NCBI RefSeq assembly: GCF_006345805.1
Contig: NC_043000.1
Span: 6,510,001 to 6,574,000, forward strand
Length of the DNA stretch: 64,000 bases
Direction: 5' to 3'
Source: Octopus sinensis
Taxonomy: Eukaryota
Part shown: piece by piece, positions 11,801 to 22,143 of the stretch
Numbering within the stretch: the stretch's first letter is position 1
How the letters are laid out: each line of letters starts with the position of its first letter
Translations under genes and position numbers: made by a program
Notes under the pieces: generated by a model
The model's input: only the letters and a program-made list of their open reading frames with translations
Told to the model about the DNA's origin: nothing
The model's database searches: none

Positions 11801-11977
11801 AATAGTAGTTGCAGCATATTTGAGATGGGTTCACTGCCCAGTATCAAAAATGTTTGCCTAAACAAAACTTTGTAATCCCAAGGTTCTGAGTTCAGTCCCA
11901 CAGCATAATACCGTGGATTGACTAATATTTTAAAAGTGGAATATGGTTGACAAAAACTATGACAAAACCTGTTCTTC

Positions 11978-12009
<32 letters not shown>

Positions 12010-12374
12010 GTACATATATGTGGCTGTGTACTTGGTTGCATGTCCATATGTGTGAATAAGTGTGTGGTGTGTCTGTGTGAGTGTCTATGTCTGTGGGGTT
12101 GGGGTGTCTGTGGGGTTGGGGTGATTGTGTGGATGTCTGAGTATGACTGATTGTGTCCGTGTTTGTGTTTAAACACTGGTTTAAATAAATCTGGCATCGT
12201 ATCAATACAGGTTTTCTTAGTTGCTCAATAAAAATGAATCAATGAAATAAATATCAAACTACTAAACTAAAGCAAGTGCTGGGGTTTGTAATGATGAGCT
12301 AAAACCCTGCAATACAGTGCTCCAGCATGACCACATTCCAGTCACTGAAACTAATAAAAGAATTCTATAATTCT

Positions 12375-12830
12375 TTTATTGGTTTCCCAACTGTTCTATG
12401 CTAGACTCATTCTCAACAAGCTCAACCCTTTTCATACCAAGCTGCCTGTGACTGCTTTTGGTTCTATGATATGATATTTACCAAGTCAGTTGCCAGACAT
12501 CAGAGCTTCAATATATCCATGCCCAGGGGAGCAAGGTATTCAGAGTATCGTAGCTGCCTGATGGAGGGTATTCACTTGGTTGCATGTCTCTGAACAGTTT
12601 CCAGAAGGTCAATGTTCTGAGCAAGATAGAGGTTCCGGATTAGTGATGCAAATTCCAAGTATGCCTGCACCATAGCCATGTACAGCCTTAAATAGATAGT
12701 TGAAAAGTGGCTGACAAAGGTCTTGCTGAGTGATGCCAAGACACCCTCAGGCTTCTTGACAATTTTAGAGATGAATATTGTCCAATGCAAATCACTGCTG
12801 ACAGTAATGACCAGGTCATGATTAAATATT
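12375..12830 (-). mobile_element. CR1/L2-group LINE ORF2 C-terminal remnant
   Basis: Translates as IVKKPEGVLASLSKTF...LYMAMVQAYLEFAS...IDLLETVQRHATK, matching the LY..MVRPHLE.A...LE.VQRRATK motif. Confidence 0.8.
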
Positions 12831-12974
12831 GTTAGGAATTGTATAAAAAATTGTTAAAATATTTTGTGCATTTTAGAAGTATAACCAATTTATTCCACAT
12901 AAATTTAGGCAACAAAATTATATATGCGCCCCCCACCCCACCAAGGAACATGTGGACCCCAGTTGAGGACCACT

Positions 12975-13378
12975 CTTTTATGTGTTTCAGTCATTTGACT
13001 GTGGCCATGCTGGAGCACCACCTTTAGTCGAGCAAATCGACCCCCAAAACTTATTCTTTGTAAGCCTAGTACTTATTCTATCGGTCTCTTTTGCCGAACC
13101 GCTAAGTTACGGTGACGTAAACACACCAGCATCGGTTGTCAAGCGATGTTGGGAGGGGACAAACACAGACACACAAACATATACACACACATACAAATAT
13201 ATATATACATATATACGACGGGCTTCTTTCAGTTTCCGTCTACCAAATCCACTCACAAGGCTTTGGTCAGCCCAAGGTATAGTAGAAGACACTTTCCCAA
13301 GCTGCCATGCAGTGGGACTGAACCCAGAACCATGTGGTTGGTAAGCAAGCTACTTACCACACAGCCACTCCTTCGCCT
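12975..13378 (-). mobile_element. Young, near full-length SINE family A with an internal microsatellite
   Basis: CpG-retaining copy with head ggcgaaggagtggctgtgtggtaag (reverse complement), B-box-like ggttcagtccc and tail gactgaaac. Confidence 0.9.
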
Positions 13379-13380
13379 AC

Positions 13381-13500
13381 ATGAATTTAAGCTTGAGATC
13401 ATACTGGTTTGAAGAGCCTACTCTATCACACTGGCTCAACATGGCTTGGAAGAGGGATGGAGTTTTTCTCAGTTTTTATACTCATGAGGAGTTAAGTCAA
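13381..13500 (+). repeat. 120-bp local direct repeat X, copy 1 (copy 2 at 15203-15322)
   Basis: 116 of 120 bases identical by manual alignment. Confidence 0.9.
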
Positions 13501-13599
13501 CCACTGATTTAAATTAAAACCTTTCATCAAAATTCCTTATTAATTTATGTTCCAAGCATCAGCTTAATCATAACAACAAAGTTATTTTACTAAATTCTT

Positions 13600-13713
13600 C
13601 AACCATGTGGTTCCAAGTTCAGTCCCATTGTGCAGTACCTTAGGCAAGTGTCATCTACTATAGTCCTGGGCCAACCAATGCCTTGTGTGTGAATTTGGAG
13701 GCATGGCTGGGCA
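13600..13713 (+). repeat. 114-bp local direct repeat Y, copy 1 (copy 2 at 14103-14216)
   Basis: 112 of 114 bases identical, including a shared chimeric SINE junction. Confidence 0.9.
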
Positions 13714-14849
13714 TTCAACCTGTTTTGTTGAATTTCTGCTGCTTTTAAATAAAGCATATTACTCTACCTCTGGTATTTGAGTACTCTTTTTTCCACCTTA
13801 TTTCACATTTATGTGTTTACTCCGGTATATATATATATGTATGTATGTGTGTGTATATGTTTGTGTGTCTGTGTTTGTCCCCCCAACATTGCTTGACAAC
13901 CGATGCTGGTATCTTTACATCCCTGAAACTTAGCGGTTTGGCAAAAGGGACCAATAGAATAAGTACTAAGCTTACAAAGAATAAGTCCTGGGGTCGATTT
14001 GCTTGACTAAAGGCGGTGCTCCAGCATGGCTGCAGTCAAATGACTGAAACAAGTAAAGAGTATAGATGCAGCCATGGGTGTGTTGCTAAATAGCTCACTT
14101 TGCAACCATGTGGTTCCAAGTTCAGTCCCATTGTGCAGTACCTTAGGCAAGTGTCATCTACTATAGTCCTGGGCCAACCAATGCCTTATGTGTGAATTTG
14201 GAGGCATGGCTGAGCAGGTAAGAATTTTGCTTCTCAACCATATAGTTTCAGGTTCAGTCCCGCTCAACAGCATCTTGGACTAGTGTCTTTTATTACAACC
14301 TGGGGCTGACCAAAGTCTTGTGAGTGAATTTGGTGGACAGAAGTTTTGTTGTGTGTATATGTGTTTGGAAACGTTTGTGTCTCCTTTAATAGATAAGAAG
14401 GGAAACTATGTCGAAGTGCTTCACATGTGTGTGTGTGCATGTGTGTGTGTGTGCATGTATGTGTGCTTGTCCTTTTGTGTGTGTATGTGTGTCCTTTTCG
14501 TGTTTCTCCCTGCCACTGCTTGACAGCCAGTGTTGGTTTGTTTACATCCCATAATAAAGTGGCTTGGCAAAAGGGATTAATAGAATGAGTACCAGGCATA
14601 CAAATAAAGAAAATAAGTACCAAGATCTATTTGTTCAACAAAACTCATTAAGGTGATACCTACCCTTGCATGGCTACAGTCCAATGACTGAATCAAGAAG
14701 AAGCTAAAAGACATAAAGATTACAGTAATACTCACTTTATGAGGGTCCACTTTACAAGATCCCAAGTTTATGAGTTTTTACAAGTTTTATTTTCTGTTTA
14801 CAAGTTTTTGCTTTATGAGCATTCTCCAAGAACAAATTAACTCATATAT

Positions 14850-15062
14850 TCTTTTCTACTCTAGGCACAAGGCCTGAAATTTGGGGGGAGGGGGACCAAT
14901 CGATTAGATCAATCCCAGTATGCAACTGGTACTTAATTTATTGACCCTGAAAGAACAAAAGGCAAAGTTGACCTCGGCAGAATTTGAACTCGGAACGTAA
15001 AGACAGACGAAATACCGGTAAGCATATCGCAAGGCATGCTAATGTTTCTGCCAGCTTGCTGC
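14850..15062 (-). mobile_element. SINE family B, near full length
   Basis: All family B blocks are present, with several CpGs retained. Confidence 0.85.
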
Positions 15063-16217
15063 TTTGAATTGAAGCATTACTGTATCTTCAAAGTATTTTT
15101 AATCAAAAGCAGTGTATTTCCACAGAAATTGAAATGAATTGCCTATGTTCAGTCCACTGCAGGATGAAGGTCTCAGCATGTTCTCTCCACCAACCACAGG
15201 CCATGAATTTGAGCTTGAGATCATACTGTTTTGAAGAGCCTACTCTATCGCACTGGCTCAACATGGCTTGGAAGAGAGATGGAGTTTTTCTCAGTTTTTA
15301 TACTCATGAGGAGTTAAGTCAATCACATCGACCCCAGTGCTTAACTGGTACTCATTCTATTGACACTGAAAGGATGAAAGGCTAAGTCAATCTTGACAGA
15401 ATTTGAACTTGTGGTTGGTGTCAGGAAGGGCATCCAGCTACAGAAACCATGGAAACCATGCCAAATCAGAATGGAACCTGATGTAGCTCTCTGGCTTATC
15501 ATTTCCAGTCAAACCGGCTAACCCACACCACCATGGTGAGTGGACATTAAATGATGATGATGAATGTAAAGGCAAACAAAATACCTCTAAGCATCTCACC
15601 TGGTGTGCTAACGATTCTGCCAGTTCAGTGTGGAATATGATAACAAAATGGTTAAGAGATACAGTTAAGATATTCAAGGTACCTTTGGTGGCATTTGAGC
15701 TCAACACTTATGATGCTATGACAAATTGTCCAATCAATAGCTTTATGTTGGAGATAAAAAAAAAGGATATTTTTCTCCTTAAATCATCATCAAATAAAAT
15801 ATCAAATTTTGTTTGTTCACTTCTCCTTTGAATGAATGTGCATGTGTGTGTGTGTGTGTGTTAGTGTTTTAGATTGAGTGTAGGACAACAGATGTGACAT
15901 CTTTCTTATTTGTCTTCAAGAATATAATAAAGTGATAAAAGAAAGAAAAAAAAAACCTTGACATTTCAAATGCTATAAACTTAAAGAAATATCGATTCCA
16001 ATGACTAACAAGCAACATGACACTTGGCTATCTTTCCGAAGAGACAATCACACCTGACTGTTCCTGCTGATGTTGTTGCTTAACCTGAAGTCAGCATTGA
16101 TTGAATAGACCAATGATCAAAGACACAGTTCAGCCTATCATGATCATCCTTTTTTTATTCTTAGGATCTTAGGACAATACCTTTTGAATGGATTTGTGTA
16201 GACAGCAACTGTAGGAA

Positions 16218-16433
16218 GTAAAGTTAATTGCCACATCAATATGGCTGTTCGATATTACTACTGATTTAACCCCAAGCAGATCTTCTATAGATCTGCTGCC
16301 TGCACCTTGTATATATTGCAAATAGAGGAACGAACCCCTAACATCCTCCAGCAGACAATGGGACCATGAGACCAATTCAGTTTCGGGCTATTTCTGCCCA
16401 TCCTCAGTCACAAACACCCGGCTGCCAGAGGGG
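16218..16433 (-). mobile_element. Hammerhead-carrying element, partial copy 1 (retrozyme or Penelope-derived)
   Basis: Collinear with 16987-17212 (gtaa.gttaattgc.acatcaa.atggctgtt...caccttgtatatattgcaa...atcctccag...). Confidence 0.75.
16365..16412 (-). ncRNA. Type I hammerhead ribozyme with intact catalytic core
   Basis: Minus strand reads ugUGA CUGAGGA U GGGC agaaaua GCCC GAA ACU gaauu GGU C ucaug. All core residues are present, helices I, II and III pair, and the GUC cleavage site falls between 16370 and 16369. Confidence 0.82.
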
Positions 16434-16846
16434 TGAAATCTTTACAAGATCGGAAAGCGGACATTAAACGATGATGATGATGATGATGACTACGGATCGA
16501 AACATAGAATGGGTACATTACAAGACAGACAAATACAAAATGTTGGATGAGTTCGAATGATTATAATAAATATTTACTTATATAAAATTTAATAAAATAA
16601 TTGATTTTAAAACTTTTCACTAGAACTTTTTTTTGCCAAAACAAAAACCATAAACAGAAGAATTAAAGAATATGAAACAGGAAAAAATGAACCCGGCAGC
16701 CTATAAGGCCCAGCAGCTCGCTTTTCCTTTCCTCAATGATTAAGTTGGGTTACTAGCACCCACCTTTTTCATCACTTCCTTCCATCGTTGCTTATATTCA
16801 TTTGGCAGCAGGGTCCTCTTTTCCAACCCCATCTTGCTCTTCAGAT

Positions 16847-17309
16847 GGCTGCTAGAGGGATGGCAAGAGTCCACTCCGGCTCAAATATAATGTAAACAAA
16901 GTGATCGTCAGTCACTGATTTGCAACAAGCAAAGTAGCCAGTTGGAAAATCTCAATAAGCGATAAGAGTGGTAATTATACTGACAAGTAAGGTTAATTGC
17001 TACATCAACATGGCTGTTTGGTGTTACTACCATTTTAACCCCAGGTGAACCGTCCACCAGCTGGTTACAGGTGCAGCCTTCACCTTGTATATATTGCAAG
17101 CAGGGGAGCAAACTCCTACTATCCTCCAGTAGGCAACAGGATCATGAGACTAATTCAGTTTTGGGTTATTTCTGCCCATCTTCAGTCGTGAACACCTGGC
17201 TGCTAGAGGGATCACCAGGGTCCACTCCAACTTGCAATATATATATTGAGATTTTCCAACTGGCTACTTTGCTTGTTGCAAATCAGTGACCAATGGTCAC
17301 TTTGTTTAC
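16847..17309 (-). mobile_element. Hammerhead-carrying ~351-bp monomer with terminal redundancy and inverted 5' segments (retrozyme-like), copy 2
   Basis: Direct repeat ggctgctagagggat...gtccactcc at 16847 and 17198. A 66-bp inverted repeat pairs 16892-16957 with 17244-17309, and 17231-17243 is an exact inverted copy of 17088-17100. Confidence 0.75.
17142..17191 (-). ncRNA. Type I hammerhead ribozyme, probably inactivated (G12A)
   Basis: Minus strand reads ucacga CUGAAGA U GGGC agaaaua ACCC AAA ACU gaauu AGU C ucauga. Helix III is fully paired, but G12 and one helix II base are mutated. Confidence 0.7.
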
Positions 17310-19093
17310 TATATATTGTTTACTATATATACACAACAGGCTTCTTTCAGTTTCTGTTTACCAAATCCACTTGCAAGGTTTGGGTCAGCCCAGGGCTATA
17401 GTAGAAGATCTTTGCTCAAGGTGCTGTGCAATGGGACTGAACCTGAAACCATGTGGTTGAGAAGCAAAGTTCTTAGCCACATGGCCATGCCTGCACCTTT
17501 AAAAAAACATTCCTTGAAGGAAATTCACAAGTTTAATATATAAAAGACGTGTATATTTTACTCAATATGTATTATGACATAAACATGAAATTCAAAACTT
17601 GGGAGAGAATGCAATCAGTTGTATTAACTCTGATACATGACTCCAGTATCTACAAATTAACACTAGGTTGATGAAAGACAAAGCTGGCTTTGACAGGATT
17701 TGAACTTAGAACACAAAGGGACATAACTAAATATCAGACATCGTTAGTTCCAATGTTCTACTGACTCAGCCATAATAATTTATTATATCAGTCTTTCTTT
17801 TTTATGTGCTTCCCTCTTCTAAAACTGACTGGGTAGACATAAGATCTCTCAGAAGTGTGTTTATTGGGGGAACGTGATTGCAGCTTAGAGACAAAACAGT
17901 CGAGCATACGCTTCACTGAAAATCACACATACACAAACAGACGCATCAGACATGTTAGGAAAAGAGAGAGAGAGACAGAGAGAGAGAGATTTTACTTCTA
18001 ATCTTAGATTTTGGTTAACTTCCATTTCTTCACGAGTCCAACATCTTGTAAACTTATTTGTGCCAATTCTTTGGAAACAAATTTTTACTTATTTCCAATG
18101 AATGAAAATATCTGTCTCTTATGTAACAGTTTATTTTAAGGTGAAGAGAGAAGGGAAGAGAAAGGAAGGAAGGAAGGAAATGGAAAGAAGGAAGGAAACG
18201 AATGAGAAAGAAAGAAAGAAGGAGATCGAAGTGTAGGTAGGGAAATGGACAAGATGAAATTGGTAATTAAGAATGGAAAAGGGGAAGAAAAGCCAAAAAG
18301 GAAGGAAAGAGGCAAAAGAAGATAAAAAGGTGAAGGAAAGATGAGAAGGAGTAAAAGAGAAGATGATGTTATATTAACTTCTCCCAATAGCACCAGACCA
18401 CAAATTTATAAGGAGGAAGTGGAGATAGTTGAATTGATCCCAGTATATATATCTGGTACTTGGCATATTTCCTGGTTCATAAGACACATTTATTTCTTGA
18501 ATAAATCCCTATAAATCATCATCTGACTTATTAAAAGGGTCAGTTTGCTGAGGGGAGTTTGGCAGCTGAATCTTCACTAGAACACAAGCCTTTTGGCAAA
18601 AAGTCAGCAATTTCGGGTGAGTGTGTAAGTCAGTTATTGACCCCAGTGCTTGACTGGTACTTATTTTGTAACCCTGAAACGATGAAAGGGTAGAATCTGA
18701 CCTCAGCATCTTGAACTCTGAATGTAAAGAGAGATGAAATGTCGCTAAGCATTTTGCCCAATGTGCTAAGAATTCTGCCAGCTTGCTGCCTTTCACTCTT
18801 GTAATTTTGGTTTCAAATTTTGGCACAAGGTAAGTTGTCCGTTTTCATGTTCTCAGTTCAAATTCTGCCCTTTCATCCTTTCAAGGTTGACCAAAATTTG
18901 AAACTCAAGTAGTACTTATTTTATTGACCCCAAAAGAATGAAAGACGAAGTAACCTCAAGAGAATTTGAACTTAGATTAGAAAGTGAAGACAGATAAAGT
19001 ACCACTAAGGCATTTTGCATGGCATGCAAACAATTCTACTAGCTCACCATCTTCCAGCCCTGTAATAAGACTACAATTCATGTGTAATATATA

Positions 19094-19658
19094 TTGGGTT
19101 GTCCGGAAAGTTCGTGCTGATTTATAGCAGCTTACCTTTCGACTTTTTTAGAACATGGTTGAGTCCATAAAATAGGATTTGACTACACCTCCATTTAGAG
19201 CACAGTTTAAGCTATCTTTTCATAGAAGAAGGTTTATGTTCCTATAACCTGTGTTAATTCTGTAACCCTTTAAAATGAAAGGTAAGAAAGTTCATTTTCG
19301 GCATTTGATGCTTTGGAAACCAGACAAAAATTGCTGCAGCTCGGCTGGGATCTGTTACCCCACCTGCCATAATCACCAGATAGCGCTCCTTTGGATTTCC
19401 ACTTATTCAGGTCTCTGCAGAATAGTCTTAATGGTAAAAATTTCAATTCCTTGGATGACGTAAAAAGATACCTTGATGAATTCTTTGCCATGAAACCATC
19501 TTAATTCTGGAAAGAGGGTATTTTCAAGTTAAAGGAAAGATGGAGACGCATTGTGCAACAAAATGGTTCATATTTGGTTGATTAAAAATGTAATGGCAAG
19601 TATTTATTGACCTTTTCCTTTCCTTTAAAAATCGGCACAAACTTTCCGGACAACCCAA
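19094..19658 (+). mobile_element. Non-autonomous mariner deletion derivative (565 bp), same family as 6635-7197, opposite orientation
   Basis: TA TSDs, the same TIRs and the same internal deletion structure. Confidence 0.92.
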
Positions 19659-19721
19659 TATATCAATATATCACAGTATTATGCTAATCAAATTTATTAA
19701 GCTTTATAATGTAATATAGGC

Positions 19722-20140
19722 AAAGGAGTGGCTGTGTGATAAGAAGGCTGATTCCCAACTGCATGGTTTCAGTTCCGCTGCATAGCACATTGGGTAAGGG
19801 ACTTCTACTGTAGCCTTTAGTCAACAAAAGCTTTGTGAGTGTATTTGGCAGATGGAAACTGAAAGAAGCCCATCGTGCGCAAGTGTGTATGTGTGTGTGT
19901 GTGGTGTGTGTGTGTGCATTTGAATGTGTGTTATGCTTGTGTCCCCTTGTCTTGACATCATGTGTTAGTTGTAAAATGATTGTCACTGTCATACAGGCAG
20001 CGTTATTCATTTCCAATATTTTGTGAGGACATATCTGGAATTGGGGAAGTATTAGCAGGTGAGGGTTAGCAACAGGAAGGGCATCCAGCCATAAAACATC
20101 TGCCACAATAAACTCCATCTGACAAATGCAGGCATGGAAA
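19722..20140 (+). mobile_element. SINE family A, long variant
   Basis: Head ggagtggctgtgtgataag, internal (TG)n, and 3' ggaagggcatccagcc tail. Confidence 0.75.
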
Positions 20141-20976
20141 AAAATGTATGTTAAAATGTTGATGATGATGATGATTACAATGCCGATGATGATCGTGATC
20201 ATGATGATGATGATGATGATGAATGTATTGATGGTAAGGGATAAGTAGACTGCAAGGGTTTGCCAGTGTTAGTAACAGAATACCATTTGTTTGGTTTGGT
20301 TTCTGTTATATAAAGAGCGTTGATGGAGCACACGTGCTGTATGCTAATTGTAGGAAGGCCGAGATACCACCAAAGCAGTCACCATCTGTCAGCCGCCAGT
20401 TTAGTTATTCAGCTGACAATAGCCTTCCACTGACACTACACAATAGCAACTAAGCAGAGAAGATAAACACACACAATCAGTAATGAGCTACAAGTAGTTT
20501 TGGGTGTTTATGCACTCATGCCATTACGAGATCCAATCCTTGTTACAATGTGGTGGCCTGTTTGCTTCAATGACCCAGACAGCTGGTGTCTGTGGAGTGC
20601 AGGCTCCTGACAGGTCCTTCTATGTTGGACAGAGGACAGATTAATTTGTTGGGGGACTAAGGTGGCAAGCTGGCAGAATCGTTAGTATGCTGGGCAAAAT
20701 GCTTAGCAGCATTTCATCAGCCTTTACATTTTGAGTTCAAATTCCACCGAGATTTACTTTACTTTCCATCTTTTTGGGGTCAAGAAAATAAGTACCAGTT
20801 GAATACTTGGATCAATGTAATTGACTTACCCATCACCTGAAATTGCTGGCTTTGTGGCAAAATTTGAAACCAATATGTGAGAGGACAGGGGTCAAATTAA
20901 AATGGACCACCTCTTCCCAAAGGTACAAATGGGTTTGCATTAGGCCAACACCACTACTTAGAAAAAAGAAACTTAC

Positions 20977-21010
20977 AGAAGTATTGATGATAATTCAAGA
21001 CCAAGAAAAC
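20977..21010 (-). CDS. Possible 34-bp micro-exon
   Basis: Acceptor cttcctctctcag| and donor |gtaagt in unique sequence; open in two frames (VFLVLNYHQYF or FLGLELSSIL). Confidence 0.3.
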
Positions 21011-22106
21011 CTGAGAGAGGAAGTCCCTCCATTAGGGAAGGTAGGCCACAAAGTTGAGAACAATGAAGAAAATGTATCAATGGCCTATGTTCCATGAAGA
21101 TTAAAGGGCTTTAAAAAAAAAACGAAGTCAAGAGCAATGAAGGGAACCCTCTTGTGCATTCTCATCCTTGACCCAGTAGAATATTCAGAGTGTGACAGCT
21201 GGAGAGAGAAAGAACTACAGTGGCTTGTACTCAATGTAACTGAGTAAGCTGGATTAACATAAAATGAAGTGCCTTGCTCAAGGACATAATGCACAGTCCA
21301 GACCAGGAAATGAACTTGACTTTATAATCATGAGGCAATCACCCTAGTCACCCAGCTAAGGCCACATCTTCATGTTGACAGACTGTCAGTGACGATGTCA
21401 CCAACAGTCTGTCCGTCTCAGTAGTTTTTGAATTCTGGTCCTTTTTCAATCAGCACAAACTTCTCTGCTTCTTCCTTTACTTGTATATCATTAATCAGAT
21501 CTAGTAGAATCTCATTGGTACTTCACACAATCCGGAATCTCGTGTTATCCAAGAATTAAGGGATGGGGGTACTTGGCTGGTACCTTAATTTATCAACCCT
21601 TGAGGGATAAAAGGTAAAGTTAACCTTGGCAGAATTTTGAAATCAGAACATAAAGAGCTACAGCAAATGCCACAAGGAAATTTTTCTGATGCTCAACCGA
21701 TTTTGCCAACTCACCACCTTAACTACAAGCAACAACAACAACAACGATTGTAATGATGTCTAATGACCACTCTGCAGAGAGGTTGGTGTTAGGAAGGGCA
21801 TCCATCTGTAAAAACTATTCCAAGACACAGAAGCATGGTGCAGGATCCTGCCCAGTCAACTCCTGTCAAGCCATCCAACCCATGCCAGCATGGAAGGAGG
21901 ACGTTAAACGATGATGATGGGATAACATATAAGTATAGCTATAATGACAAATTGCTCTCACATCCTTTTATAGTTGATTTTGTGTGAGTGTCTACGCACA
22001 CATACAGGCATATATATAAACATATATATATATATATATTAAAATTTTATGTATTGATTAAGTCTTTCCTTGTTTGTTTTGCAAAATAGTGGTTTTGTCT
22101 CTAATA

Positions 22107-22143
<37 letters not shown>

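Noticed and set aside
12975-13378. tRNA-like heads of SINE families A, B and C as tRNA genes
   Set aside because: A and B boxes are present but continue into SINE bodies and tails, several family C copies have TSDs, and no complete cloverleaf with a terminator was seen.
16485-16520. Plus-strand tgatga...tcGAAAC...GGTA hammerhead-like string
   Set aside because: The TGATGA comes from a (GAT)n tail, C3 is missing, and helices I and III are unsupported.
21420-21530. Minus-strand protein-like stretch TNEILLDLINDIQVKEEAEKFVLIEKGPEFKNY*
   Set aside because: In-frame stop just upstream, only a weak AAG acceptor, and no recognisable homology.
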